Part shown: in pieces, positions 25,672-35,729 of the stretch
Layout: each line of letters begins with the position of its first letter
Position numbering within the stretch: position 1 is the stretch's first letter
DNA from: Bacteroidia bacterium
GTDB taxonomy: Bacteria > Bacteroidota > Bacteroidia > UKL13-3
Assembly (NCBI GenBank): GCA_041675505.1
Contig: JBAYTR010000010.1
Location: 67,895-131,894 of the forward strand
Length of the DNA stretch: 64,000 nucleotides
Direction of reading: 5' to 3'
The notes under the pieces: generated by a model
What the model saw: the letters and a program-made list of their open reading frames with translations, nothing else
The model's database searches: none
Told to the model about the DNA's origin: nothing
Program-made: the position numbers and the translations under genes

Positions 25672-28533
25672 ATGCGCCAACATTTACCTTTTATTTTCTT
25701 ATTGCTGTTTACACTGAGCCGTAGTTTTGTGGCGGCACAAACGGCCAAAACGGGCACCATCAGTGGTAAGGTGGCCGATAAAAAAGATAAGTCGGAGTTG
25801 GTGGGCGTAAACGTAGTCATTAAAGGCACCAAGCTGGTGGCTCAAACCGATATTAACGGAAAGTTTGAATTCAAGAACGTAAAAACCGGGGAATACACGC
25901 TGGAGTTTACCTACATAGGCTACGAAAAAATTGTATACACGGGAGTAAAAGTAAAAGAAAACCAAACCACCACCATTGATATTCAAATGGGCAGCAGTGC
26001 CGCCACCATTGACCAGGATGTGGTGGTAATAGGTCGCAGGCCGCTGGTTGACATTGAGCGTCCGCAAAGTAACAACACGGTAAGTCAGGAGCAGATTGAA
26101 TCAGCACCCGTGAGGCAATTGCAGCAAATCATCAACACACAACCCGGTGTGGTTACCACGCCCTCGGGGGTGCACATTCGTGGTGGCCGCACGTATGAAA
26201 CAGGGTATTTTGTAGATGGTGTTTCGGTTCAGGATCCCTTGTCGGGCACAGGTTTCGGGTTAGACTTGGGCAGCAATTCGCTCTCTTCCATTGATGTATT
26301 AACGGGTGGTATAGGAGCTGAGTTTGGTAATGCTACCTCAGGCGTGGTAAATGCCAAAACAAAATCAGGCGGAGATAAACATGACTTTGCGGTGTTGTAC
26401 AAGCGCGATAACCTGGGTTTTAACCAACAGTGGAAATCGGTATTTAATACACAGGTGTTGGAATTGGGCGGAGGTGGCCCGGCTATGAAAAAACTGCTCA
26501 ACAACAAGCTGAAGTTTTACGCCTCACTTCGCACGTATTTCACTGATGACTATTTTAAAAACCCTGCGAAGCAACTGCACTCTTCTTTGTTTGAGAACGA
26601 AACCTTTTTTGCGCCTTATCAGGACAACCGCTGGTCGGCCTCACTCAAAATGAACTACGATGTTTCCAATAAACAGAAGTTAGCGTTTACGTATTTGCGT
26701 TCGTTCTCCATTAACCAGGACATGAACAACCTGCGCATTACCGGCAACGATGTACCGTATTTACCCGGTTATCCGTTTTTGTTTTCACAACAAATGGACA
26801 ATGCCAATACGTATACCAACAGTTCTAACCTGATGGTGCTTAGCTGGACCGAATTTTTATCCAAACGTTTCTCCTACAAAGCCACCGTTTCGCGTTTGTT
26901 TATCAAACAACGTACGGATGCCAACGGCCGCGACTGGAGACCCAAAACTGTTGACGGAGAATTTGACCCCAATTCCATTGTAACGTATCCGGTTATTCCG
27001 TTTAACCCCGCAGATAGTGTGGTGTTTGTAAATGCACCATCGGGCTTTTACAACAACGGAGGCATAGCCACCCTGTGGCACGATCACTATGTAGAAGAAT
27101 ACACCGTAAATGCAAATGCAACGCTTTATTCAAAAAATACCTTTAACAAACTCACCTTTGGTGTGGAGCAGGTGTTACAGGATATGCAGTGGGTGGATAT
27201 TCGCAGGCCCTGGGTAGGTGCGCCTATTCCTTTGCCTGACGGCACTTACTCCCAGTCTTTCCGTTTAGGAGATTACAGCGATTTGTGGAAAGTAAAACCC
27301 CGCAAAGGCGCCCTGTTCATCAACGACCAGATAAAATACAAAGGTTTAATTGCCAACGTGGGCGCACGTTTTGAGTACTGGGCTCCGGGAAAATTTGTAG
27401 ACGATGCGGTAAAAGATTCCCGCTCACCCATACGCGATGAAATACGCAGTGAGTACAACAGCAGTACCGTTAACTTTTTAGGTCTGCGTCACAAGTTCCG
27501 TTTTTTGCCCCGGGTGTCGGCCAGTTTTCCCATCAAAGAAAACCAGATGTTGTTTTTTAACTACGGGCACACCACCAAAATGCCGCACCCTTCCTTTTTG
27601 TATGCCGGTTTAAATCCGTTGTATACCGACAGGTCAACCGCCAGTGTGTTGGGAAATCCTAACCTTAATCCGGAGGTGGCCATTTCGTATGAACTGGGTT
27701 ACCGTTCGCAAATTACCTCCAACGATGCCATTACCATCTCTGCCTTTTGGGTAGATAATTACGATTTCATCTTGCGTGTACCCATTTTGGTAAAAGATGT
27801 AACCGGCAGAGAAGTACAACGCACCATGGCCATTAACTCCGATTACTCGCGTAAGCGTGGCATTGAAGTAGGTTACATCAGACGCATAGGCAACTGGTTT
27901 ATGGGGCAGGTGAGCGGAAACTTTATGGTGGCCACGGGACAGAGTGCTTCGGCCTCTGAAGCCTTGAAAGAAATTTTAAACACCGGAGCTGCGGAAGACA
28001 CCCGTGAGTTTTTTATGCCCTGGGATACCCGCTTTGACGTGAAAGCCAATGCCTTGTTTAAGGTTGACCGCAAAGGCGGATTGTTCGGAGCCGGATTTTT
28101 AAACAAGTGTTCCTTCTATTTGGAGAATGTGTGGCGCGCAGGTCGCAGGTATACGCCCTATGTACTGGAAGGTTACGAGCCCATTACCGGCAGGCCCATT
28201 TGGGTGCAGGACAACCGTCCGGAAGCCCGCTGGAGTAAGATTGGGCAGAACTGGTTCTGGATAGATTTTAATTTCCGCAAGTGGTACGACTACAAAAAAG
28301 TAAAAGTAGCGTGGACCATTGAGGTAACCAATGTGTTGAACAATAAAAACTCAGCCATTATCAACCCGGTAACCGGCAGGGCCTACACCTCGGGCGATGA
28401 TGTTCCTACGGAATGGCGCGACCCCCGATACAATGACCCCCGCGACCCGCGCTCATCAGGCACCCCACCCAACGACCCTTCGAGGTACTTGCAGCAGCGC
28501 AACTATCTTATAGGCCTGGCCGTTCAGTTCTGA
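25672..28533 (+). CDS. TonB-dependent outer-membrane receptor with N-terminal CarboxypepD_reg domain
   Basis: 953 aa: signal peptide, GTISGKV...GVNVVIKGT..TDINGKFEF, a plug region, a long beta-barrel, and a terminal aromatic residue (..GLAVQF). Confidence 0.85.
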   Translation: MRQHLPFIFLLLFTLSRSFVAAQTAKTGTISGKVADKKDKSELVGVNVVIKGTKLVAQTDINGKFEFKNVKTGEYTLEFTYIGYEKIVYTGVKVKENQTTTIDIQMGSSAATIDQDVVVIGRRPLVDIERPQSNNTVSQEQIESAPVRQLQQIINTQPGVVTTPSGVHIRGGRTYETGYFVDGVSVQDPLSGTGFGLDLGSNSLSSIDVLTGGIGAEFGNATSGVVNAKTKSGGDKHDFAVLYKRDNLGFNQQWKSVFNTQVLELGGGGPAMKKLLNNKLKFYASLRTYFTDDYFKNPAKQLHSSLFENETFFAPYQDNRWSASLKMNYDVSNKQKLAFTYLRSFSINQDMNNLRITGNDVPYLPGYPFLFSQQMDNANTYTNSSNLMVLSWTEFLSKRFSYKATVSRLFIKQRTDANGRDWRPKTVDGEFDPNSIVTYPVIPFNPADSVVFVNAPSGFYNNGGIATLWHDHYVEEYTVNANATLYSKNTFNKLTFGVEQVLQDMQWVDIRRPWVGAPIPLPDGTYSQSFRLGDYSDLWKVKPRKGALFINDQIKYKGLIANVGARFEYWAPGKFVDDAVKDSRSPIRDEIRSEYNSSTVNFLGLRHKFRFLPRVSASFPIKENQMLFFNYGHTTKMPHPSFLYAGLNPLYTDRSTASVLGNPNLNPEVAISYELGYRSQITSNDAITISAFWVDNYDFILRVPILVKDVTGREVQRTMAINSDYSRKRGIEVGYIRRIGNWFMGQVSGNFMVATGQSASASEALKEILNTGAAEDTREFFMPWDTRFDVKANALFKVDRKGGLFGAGFLNKCSFYLENVWRAGRRYTPYVLEGYEPITGRPIWVQDNRPEARWSKIGQNWFWIDFNFRKWYDYKKVKVAWTIEVTNVLNNKNSAIINPVTGRAYTSGDDVPTEWRDPRYNDPRDPRSSGTPPNDPSRYLQQRNYLIGLAVQF

Positions 28534-28628
28534 TAAAAAGAGTCGCATTAAACCGCGTATTTTCCACACGTTTACAATTTTTTAACAAGGGATAGCTAAT
28601 ATTGCAGTTCAATTAATTCTTTAAAAAG

Positions 28629-31600
28629 ATGAAATCAACATTACGATTATTTGTCGCAGGCGCAATGCTCTTTGCTTTAAGCACAGAGACCAGAGCGCAG
28701 GGCCCGTCTAACAACCCGGCCACACCGGGAGCGGCCACCATTTCAGCCAAAAACACTCCTTACTTTCAAAACTTTGATGGTTTGGACATTACAGGAACCA
28801 ACCAGATTAACTTACCTGTTGGCTGGCAAACCAGTGAAAGCGGAAGCGGAGGCAGGTACAACGGTGGTTATGCAGCAGATAACGGTGCAGGCACATCAGG
28901 CGACCTTATCAGTTACGGTGCAACCAGCACAACCGACAGAGCCTTGGGTACCTTGTTGAGTTCCAGCATTGCTCCGCGTTTCGGGGTGTTTGTTAAAAAC
29001 ACTACCGGTTCAGTGGTGGATTCTGTAAGAATAGAATTTACACTCGAACAATGGCGTTGTGGTACAATCAACAGAACCGATTCTTTTATAGTAGAATACA
29101 ACATTAACCGTGGAGGAATAGATACCAACGCTGTGAACAACAGCGGCTGGAGCAGATTCCCCAATCTGTTGTTGAACGGTAAAACATACACGGCAACCGG
29201 TGCGTTGGATGGCAACATTGCCGCCAACCAAACCCGTTTTACAGCTATGCTCACCGGCATTACACTAAACAACAACGACACCCTGGTGATTCGTTTTGTG
29301 GATTACAACGCCACAGGTTCTGATGACGGAATGGCCATTGATTCTTTCTCCATGATTTTTGATCCGTTGATTTTAACACCACAACCCGTAACAGGAATCA
29401 ACGTTACACCTACTTTAACAACAGCAGGAGTTAACTACACTGCACCCGGCAATTTCAGTTCAGCTACCCAACAGTTTGTAGCGTTTTTGAAACAAGGTAC
29501 AGCCATTACAGCAGGTACTCCAACCATGAACCCCGCAGGTTACACCGCCAACAGCGATTTCTCAGCCAACGGTACAGCTTACCAAAACGATGCAGCAGCA
29601 AAATGTGTGTACAAAGGAACAGGAACCAACTTCAACGTAACCGGCCTTCAAGCCAACACAGCGTATCACTTAATGATTTTAACTGTATCCACAGCCGATT
29701 CAGTGTATTCATCAGGCGCAACAGCACAGTTTAGCTCAGGCCGCACCACCATAAACTTCACAGCTAAATCAGGTTCGCAAATTGAAGGAGCAGTGAGCAA
29801 TATCATCAGCGTATCCATTGCCAATCCTTCTACTACGGTAACCGATACTACCTTTGTAGAACTCCAACTTACCGGAGGTGATGCCACCAACGGAGTGGAT
29901 TTAGCTACCACCTTCAACACCACTGTTCTGAAATTCCCGGGTAACTCCACATCGGCACAAACCGTTTCTTTCGGAATTACCAACGATAACACAGACGAGT
30001 GGAACGAGACATTGCAGTTTACCTTACGCAACGTAAGCGGAGGAGCCGCAGCAACTATCGGAGCCGACTCATTGTTTACGTATACCATTGTAGATAATGA
30101 TGGCATTGCTAATCCGGCTTCAGGAGACATTGCGTTTACACAGGTGCAGGCTACCAGCAGCACAGGTGTTTTTGATAACTCGGAATTTATTACACTTAAG
30201 CGTCTTGATTTACGCAACATGGGTGTTACCGACAGAGGAGTATTGACAGACGGAGCGCTTTCTACTACAGAATCAGTATATAACCTGCCTACTACCTCAG
30301 CACTGGCTGATGTTCCTGCGGGAACAGTGGTACGTTTTGTTGCTACTACCGGAACAGACGACACCAATTGGGCAGACGGCATCATGACTTTTTATACTAC
30401 GGCCATGAACCTTTCAACCGGTGGCGACCAGATTATTGCCTTCACCGGATTTAATAACTATGTAGCAGGTATCAACTTTGCCAACAGCGGCTGGACAAGC
30501 GGTTCAACCAATACCAATACCTCAAAAGCACCAGGTACTTTAGCTGATTTGCATGCAGGCACTAAACCCAACGTGCGTTTTAAAGGAATGGTTTCAGGTG
30601 CAGCATCGTTGCTTCGCGACAGCTTAATCAACGTTTCCAGCTGGGATACTTCAGCTACCCGTTTTGCCACTGACTTCGCTACATTCACCTCACAGTTTAA
30701 CGAGCCTGCTTCACAAGCAACCAACCTTACGGTAGCCGGCACCTCATTAAGCAACATTACCCTGAGCTGGAAAGCCTCTGCTGCTGCTCAGCGTTATGCC
30801 GTGGTGATGAATACCTCTTCCACCATCAGCAACCCTGCAGATAGTTTTACCTACAACAACACCAACAATTATAATCAGGCAGATACCGTAATTCTTTCCG
30901 CTTCAGCAATGACCAAAGGAAACGGAAGAGTTGTTTACAGCGGACACGATACCATGGTTGTGGTAAACGGACTGGCCAACGGCACCCGCTACTACTACAA
31001 AGTGTTTGCCTTGAACGGAAACGGTAGTAATGCGAATTACAATGCCAACTCACCACTTTCAGGTGATACTACCACACAAAATCCTGTTGTTCCTGTAGTG
31101 AAATTCGGAACACTTTCTACTACTACTTCTGAAGATTCTACGTCTATAAAAATTCCGGTTAGCTTAACCAACTCCACCAACACAGCGGTGAGCGTTAGTG
31201 TGGCCATTAAAGGCGGAACAGCTACATCAACCAGCGATTACCAGTTGGGTGCTGCTTCAATCAACTTCTCAGGTAACGCAGATACCACCACACACGTTAC
31301 AGTAACCATTGTAAACGACAACCTGGTAGAGGGTGCGGAGAACGTAGTACTTGTTCTGCAAAACATTTCTTCACCGGCTATACTGGATGCCGACTCTGTG
31401 CATACCTTAACCATCAACGACAACGACTTTACTAAAATTGGTTTTGAAGTAAACAGACAAACCATTGCTGAAACCATTGACACCGCCCGCATACGTGTAG
31501 TGATGAAAGATTTGGGTCCGAATGCACCTTACACCGTTAATGTATCAGCTACTCCGTTAACAGCTACAGCAACTCAGGATTATGCTTTAATCACCACTTC

Positions 31601-32990
31601 ACTTACTTTTAGCGGTGCTGCCGATTCTGTAAAAACTGTTTTGGTAAAAGTGTTTAACACCCTGCCACTTGAAGCAAACGAAAGTTTTGTACTTCAACTG
31701 AGCAGCCCCAGCACAGGAGCTGCATTGGATGTAAACGCTACCGACACCATTACCATTAACAACTTCAGCTACCCGTACTATCCTATCGGACAAATTAACA
31801 AAACGGATGCTAACGGAGTATTGGACTCAGCCGGCAGAAGATATGAAGTGCGCGGTATAGTTTACGGAGTAAATATTCGTACAACAGGCCTTCAGTTCAC
31901 CATCCATGACGGCACAGGTGGCTTAGGTACATTTAATACTCCGGCCACCTTTGGCTATACCGTTAAAGAAGGAGATAGTATTATCCTTTTTGGCCGCCTG
32001 AATCAGTTCAACGGTTTAGCTCAGATAGAAGCCATTGATACAATTATTGTAGCAGGTACCAACAAAGCCACGAAAGCACCGGTAACTGTGAGTGCTCTGA
32101 GTGAAGCAACAGAATCAGAATATGTAATGTTCCCATCGCTTACACTTGCTCCTTCAGCTAACTGGCCGGTGACTCCGTTTACCGGAACAGGTCGCAACAT
32201 GTATGCTTACGTTAACGGCAACCCTGCCGATAGTATACAAATCAGAATTGTAGTGACCAGCCCGTTGAACGGCTCACCTCGCCCAACAGAGAAATTTGCT
32301 ATGATTGGTATAGGCGGACAGTTTGATAACAGCAACCCTTTCACCAGCGGTCACCAGTTGTTCCCTATGTTCCTTAACCACATCATTAACGGAGATACAG
32401 TTGGTTTCACCACAGCTTCTGCCACAGTAAATGAAGCAGCAGGTACAGTTAACATCAGTGTGAGCCTTAAAAATCCAACTGCATTACCTACCACGGTTCA
32501 GGTAGCTGTTAATGGCGGATCAGCGGCCGGAAGCAGCGATTATACTTACACCACACAAACCGTTACGTTCCCGGCCAACAGCAATGCAGCGCAAACCGTT
32601 ACGTTAAGCATAACTGACGACAACCTGTTCGAAAGCAACGAGACCATTGCCTTCACCTTGCAAAATGCTACCAACAACGCTACCATTGACCCTGCTGCCG
32701 GTGCTTACATCATCACCATTACCGACAATGATCCTAATGGAGTGAAAGAGTTGAACGCAGTACAATTTAATGTATATCCTAACCCTGCCCGCGAAGTGTT
32801 GAACATTGCAGCAGACAAGGAAATGAACAGCGTAGTAGTAACCGACATTATCGGTAACGTGGTGTTGAACGTTAACGATGTGAATGCGAAGAAAGCTACA
32901 TTAAACACCGCCTCATTGAACGCAGGGGTTTACTTTGTACGGGTATACTCAGCAGAAGGAAGCAGTGTGAAGAAGGTTATAATTAAGTAA
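28629..32990 (+). CDS. 1453-aa T9SS-secreted surface protein with four Calx-beta-like repeats, FN3-like modules and an OB-fold-like segment
   Basis: Signal peptide, Calx-beta signatures (e.g. TVTLSITDDNLFESNETIAFTL), and a C-terminal Por secretion tail (VYPNPAREVLNI...GVYFVRVYSAEGSSVKKVIIK). Confidence 0.75.
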   Translation: MKSTLRLFVAGAMLFALSTETRAQGPSNNPATPGAATISAKNTPYFQNFDGLDITGTNQINLPVGWQTSESGSGGRYNGGYAADNGAGTSGDLISYGATSTTDRALGTLLSSSIAPRFGVFVKNTTGSVVDSVRIEFTLEQWRCGTINRTDSFIVEYNINRGGIDTNAVNNSGWSRFPNLLLNGKTYTATGALDGNIAANQTRFTAMLTGITLNNNDTLVIRFVDYNATGSDDGMAIDSFSMIFDPLILTPQPVTGINVTPTLTTAGVNYTAPGNFSSATQQFVAFLKQGTAITAGTPTMNPAGYTANSDFSANGTAYQNDAAAKCVYKGTGTNFNVTGLQANTAYHLMILTVSTADSVYSSGATAQFSSGRTTINFTAKSGSQIEGAVSNIISVSIANPSTTVTDTTFVELQLTGGDATNGVDLATTFNTTVLKFPGNSTSAQTVSFGITNDNTDEWNETLQFTLRNVSGGAAATIGADSLFTYTIVDNDGIANPASGDIAFTQVQATSSTGVFDNSEFITLKRLDLRNMGVTDRGVLTDGALSTTESVYNLPTTSALADVPAGTVVRFVATTGTDDTNWADGIMTFYTTAMNLSTGGDQIIAFTGFNNYVAGINFANSGWTSGSTNTNTSKAPGTLADLHAGTKPNVRFKGMVSGAASLLRDSLINVSSWDTSATRFATDFATFTSQFNEPASQATNLTVAGTSLSNITLSWKASAAAQRYAVVMNTSSTISNPADSFTYNNTNNYNQADTVILSASAMTKGNGRVVYSGHDTMVVVNGLANGTRYYYKVFALNGNGSNANYNANSPLSGDTTTQNPVVPVVKFGTLSTTTSEDSTSIKIPVSLTNSTNTAVSVSVAIKGGTATSTSDYQLGAASINFSGNADTTTHVTVTIVNDNLVEGAENVVLVLQNISSPAILDADSVHTLTINDNDFTKIGFEVNRQTIAETIDTARIRVVMKDLGPNAPYTVNVSATPLTATATQDYALITTSLTFSGAADSVKTVLVKVFNTLPLEANESFVLQLSSPSTGAALDVNATDTITINNFSYPYYPIGQINKTDANGVLDSAGRRYEVRGIVYGVNIRTTGLQFTIHDGTGGLGTFNTPATFGYTVKEGDSIILFGRLNQFNGLAQIEAIDTIIVAGTNKATKAPVTVSALSEATESEYVMFPSLTLAPSANWPVTPFTGTGRNMYAYVNGNPADSIQIRIVVTSPLNGSPRPTEKFAMIGIGGQFDNSNPFTSGHQLFPMFLNHIINGDTVGFTTASATVNEAAGTVNISVSLKNPTALPTTVQVAVNGGSAAGSSDYTYTTQTVTFPANSNAAQTVTLSITDDNLFESNETIAFTLQNATNNATIDPAAGAYIITITDNDPNGVKELNAVQFNVYPNPAREVLNIAADKEMNSVVVTDIIGNVVLNVNDVNAKKATLNTASLNAGVYFVRVYSAEGSSVKKVIIK
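29745..30101 (+). repeat. Calx-beta-like repeat 1 (in-frame domain repeat)
   Basis: TTINFTAKSGSQIEG...VSFGITNDNTDEWNETLQFTLRNV...YTIVDND. Confidence 0.6.
31095..31427 (+). repeat. Calx-beta-like repeat 2
   Basis: VVKFGTLSTTTSED...VTVTIVNDNLVEGAENVVLVLQNI...LTINDND. Confidence 0.6.
31428..31763 (+). repeat. Calx-beta-like repeat 3 (more divergent)
   Basis: FTKIGFEVNRQTIAE...VLVKVFNTLPLEANESFVLQLSS...ITINN. Confidence 0.5.
32394..32732 (+). repeat. Calx-beta-like repeat 4
   Basis: DTVGFTTASATVNEAAGT...VTLSITDDNLFESNETIAFTLQNA...ITITDND. Confidence 0.6.
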
Positions 32991-33006
32991 CCTGACTAAT
33001 ACAGTA

Positions 33007-33045
33007 TAAAAAAGGTCTCCTGATTAATTCAGGAGACCTTTTTTA
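33007..33045. terminator. Bidirectional rho-independent terminator between convergent genes
   Basis: A-run, then a 10-bp stem GGTCTCCTGA/TCAGGAGACC (33014-33023 / 33029-33038), then a T-run. Confidence 0.75.
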
Positions 33046-33068
33046 TTTAGTGCTGAACTAGTGTTAAC

Positions 33069-33521
33069 TTATGTGAGTAGTTTTTCAAAGCACACACTAC
33101 TTTCCACATCGGCATATTGGCCATAGTTTTTGATAGTAGTGTAATTGTTCTTTTGGTATAAGCGAATGGCTTCCGGTTGTTTTTTACCGGTTTCCAAAAT
33201 GCATTTTTGGTAGCCCAACTCTTTTGCCCAATTTTCCAGTTCACCTAAAACTATTGATGCAATTCCTTTACCTCGTTTTTCTAACGGAACAAACATTCTT
33301 TTTACTTCCATTACATTCTCCTCATACTCTTTTATTGCGCCACAGCCCACAGCAGCTCCCTCTTCATAAGCCACTACTACGTGTTTAATAGCCGCAATTT
33401 TGTTGAACTGAGCAAAAAATGCATGGTCCTCTCCATCCCGTATGGCAAGGTCTTTATCCAGCGCAGTTACTAATTTTTGAAAATCTGAATTGTCAGAATC
33501 GGTTCTTTTAATTTTGTACAT
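33069..33521 (-). CDS. GNAT-family N-acetyltransferase
   Basis: 150 aa with RGKGIASIVLGELENWAKELGY (acetyl-CoA binding motif A type). Confidence 0.8.
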   Translation of the reverse strand: MYKIKRTDSDNSDFQKLVTALDKDLAIRDGEDHAFFAQFNKIAAIKHVVVAYEEGAAVGCGAIKEYEENVMEVKRMFVPLEKRGKGIASIVLGELENWAKELGYQKCILETGKKQPEAIRLYQKNNYTTIKNYGQYADVESSVCFEKLLT

Positions 33522-33535
33522 GTTTAATTTATTTT

Positions 33536-34126
33536 TTATTCCAGTCGTTTTTGTTGTTCGCTCGTAGTAATCGCTTTATCCAATCGTGAAAGTCTGGTCT
33601 TTTCTTGTTTGGCATTCATTATCCAATGGATGATTGTTTTTTGGTAAGAAGGTGTTTGAGTTTTAAAGAAACCCCAGGCCTGTTTGTTCTTTTTAAACAG
33701 CTTTTCGTATGCGGGGTCAAGAATATCAGGCTCTTTTTCGTGCGAATAAACAGCTGTTTTTTCGTCTGTTCTTAAATCAAATGCCTTTTGTCCTTCAGCG
33801 GTCATGAGCCCGGCCTTGGTGAGCTCTTCCACCTTTTTAATGTTGATGGTGCTCCAGATACTGTTAGGTCTTCGCGGGGTAAAACGGATGCAGTAACTTT
33901 CATTATCTATGGATCTTCTTACACCGTCAATCCAACCAAAACAAAGTGCTTGATCAACCGACTGCGACCAAGTGATGGAAGGTTTACCGCTACCCACTTT
34001 GTAGAAACCAACAATCAGTTCTGTTTCTTTTTTGTGGTGTTTTTTAAACCACTGCCTGAATGCAGCCGGTGTTGCAAAAAAGGTTACGGTTGTTTTATTG
34101 GTTGGCGCCATGAAAATGTTTGACAA
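33536..34126 (-). CDS. YdeI/OmpD-associated (DUF1801-related) family protein
   Basis: 196 aa. FRQWFKKHHKKETELIVGFYK...GWIDGVRRSIDNESYCIRFTPRRPNSIWS is the typical pattern. Confidence 0.65.
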   Translation of the reverse strand: MSNIFMAPTNKTTVTFFATPAAFRQWFKKHHKKETELIVGFYKVGSGKPSITWSQSVDQALCFGWIDGVRRSIDNESYCIRFTPRRPNSIWSTINIKKVEELTKAGLMTAEGQKAFDLRTDEKTAVYSHEKEPDILDPAYEKLFKKNKQAWGFFKTQTPSYQKTIIHWIMNAKQEKTRLSRLDKAITTSEQQKRLE

Positions 34127-34152
34127 TATTCACTCAAGTTCAGTTCACAGAT

Positions 34153-34863
34153 TTAAATCGTTCGGCCTTCTTTAACTTTTATTTCAGAGCCCTCAGCCAG
34201 AAATACTGACACAGGTTTTTCGTTTGTGAGGAAACTGAAATCTTGTCCATATACATCACCGAAGTCTACATCAATCAGGTAATCCTTTGTTTCATAAACC
34301 TCCCATTTTGGATGCTCAACACCATACTCAGAAGTTCTCTCATTTGAAATTTTGGTATAACCCCAGTAGTGCTCTGTTATAAATTCCTCCTCGCTGCCGT
34401 CCTTAATGGGAGTTGGTTTTAGATCAGTTATTACTTTTAATGAATTCCATTGCCCTTTTCTCCAGTTGTATTCTATTATTAAACTATCGTTTGAATTTGT
34501 CCAGGAATGACTCATGGGCATAGTCTCGTATTTCTCTTTGTAAACGGTATTGGCCACAAAGGTTAACGCTGGTTTTGGAACAATCTCTTTTATGAAAACA
34601 ACTCCCCGTTTCCATTTTCCGTTGTCTTTGTATCGGACATAAAACCTAAGGTTTACTTCTTCAAAGTTGGTGTGAAACGGTATTTTAAGTCCTTTTACTT
34701 TTGTGTCTTTAAACAGGAACCCAACTAAGCTGACATAACAGGTGTTGTTCCATAAATCAATCTCTGTTTTAGGGGGTAGATACTTATCCAGTATTTTACT
34801 ATCAACTGAATAGTTAGCCATCGCTAACTTTCTCCATTCAGCTTCTAAAAATGTTTTAGACAT
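34153..34863 (-). CDS. DUF2071 (YqjF-like) domain protein
   Basis: Likely start MSKTFLEAEWRKLAMANY at 34863. The LVGF.F...V.G...P....F.E.N.R.YV pattern is present. Confidence 0.6.
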   Translation of the reverse strand: MSKTFLEAEWRKLAMANYSVDSKILDKYLPPKTEIDLWNNTCYVSLVGFLFKDTKVKGLKIPFHTNFEEVNLRFYVRYKDNGKWKRGVVFIKEIVPKPALTFVANTVYKEKYETMPMSHSWTNSNDSLIIEYNWRKGQWNSLKVITDLKPTPIKDGSEEEFITEHYWGYTKISNERTSEYGVEHPKWEVYETKDYLIDVDFGDVYGQDFSFLTNEKPVSVFLAEGSEIKVKEGRTI

Positions 34864-34952
34864 TATATTTTCATTTAACGCGATGGATACGTAAAGGAAT
34901 AACCGCCTCGTCTTATCAGTCAGTAAAGATATAATCCACACCCATTAAAAAA

Positions 34953-34990
34953 TAAAAAAACCCCGAATTTCTCCGGGGTTTTTTTATTTT
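34953..34990 (-). terminator. Rho-independent terminator (hairpin flanked by A and T runs)
   Basis: CCCCG...CGGGG stem (34961-34978) flanked by AAAAAAA and TTTTTTTATTTT, downstream of the gene ending at 35027. Confidence 0.55.
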
Positions 34991-35026
34991 ATAGCAAGAA
35001 GGCTCGAGAAGCATTAGAGAAGGGCG

Positions 35027-35611
35027 TTAGTTGAACTTGATGTCAAATCGGCATTGGGTTACATTTATTTTTTTCTGCCCGGTTTCATTTTTCATAGAGA
35101 AGTCTTCAAAATAACCCGCAATAATATTTTGAGCAGTGTCTAGGTGGCTGATGTGCAGGATAACAGAGTCATTAAGGTTGGGGGCATCGGTTGAGCGGTA
35201 CATATCGCCACGCCAGTTGATAAAAAGTCCCCGTACTTCGTGTTCAGAATCGTCAAAATAAAATACATACCTTCCTGGTTTTCTGATGTTGTCAAGTCTG
35301 AAATAAAAATGCTCGTCAATTCCCCAACTGATACTGGTTCTGTCGGCCATCATGTAAAGCAGCAATGACCCAGAATTTTCGTAGTAATATTTCGAAAAAA
35401 ATTTTTCAGACATTTCTTCATCGGGGAGCAGATTGCCGTTAATCAAACAGCCGAAAGTATTGTACCCGCCATGTGTTTTCGAAGGCAATAAATGTGCTTC
35501 ATTTTTTGGAGTATCTTTTGGAGTGGTGGTTTCATCCGGACGGCAACTCACACCAGCGAGTAGAAGCAAAACAAAAACTCCTTTAAGCAATTTAGCGACT
35601 TTGGCAGCCAT
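35027..35611 (-). CDS. Hypothetical lipoprotein
   Basis: Likely start MAAKVAKLLKGVFVLLLLAGVSC (lipobox) at 35611. No family recognised. Confidence 0.5.
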   Translation of the reverse strand: MAAKVAKLLKGVFVLLLLAGVSCRPDETTTPKDTPKNEAHLLPSKTHGGYNTFGCLINGNLLPDEEMSEKFFSKYYYENSGSLLLYMMADRTSISWGIDEHFYFRLDNIRKPGRYVFYFDDSEHEVRGLFINWRGDMYRSTDAPNLNDSVILHISHLDTAQNIIAGYFEDFSMKNETGQKKINVTQCRFDIKFN

Positions 35612-35729
35612 AAAAATATGGTTTAATATAGGCAAGATAAGGAATTGTCGTAACAAAAAGCAATAAGAATAAAGCAAACAAGCCCACTGTTTTTGCAGCG
35701 GGCTTGTTTAGCAGCGGATGCTGAAACGA

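Noticed and set aside
28774-32908. Multiple antisense or alternative-frame ORFs (e.g. 29666..30385, 239 aa) inside the 1453-aa Calx-beta gene
   Set aside because: The + strand frame has a signal peptide, repeated domains and a T9SS tail. The others are Ala/Val/Ser-rich shadows of a repetitive, GC-balanced gene.
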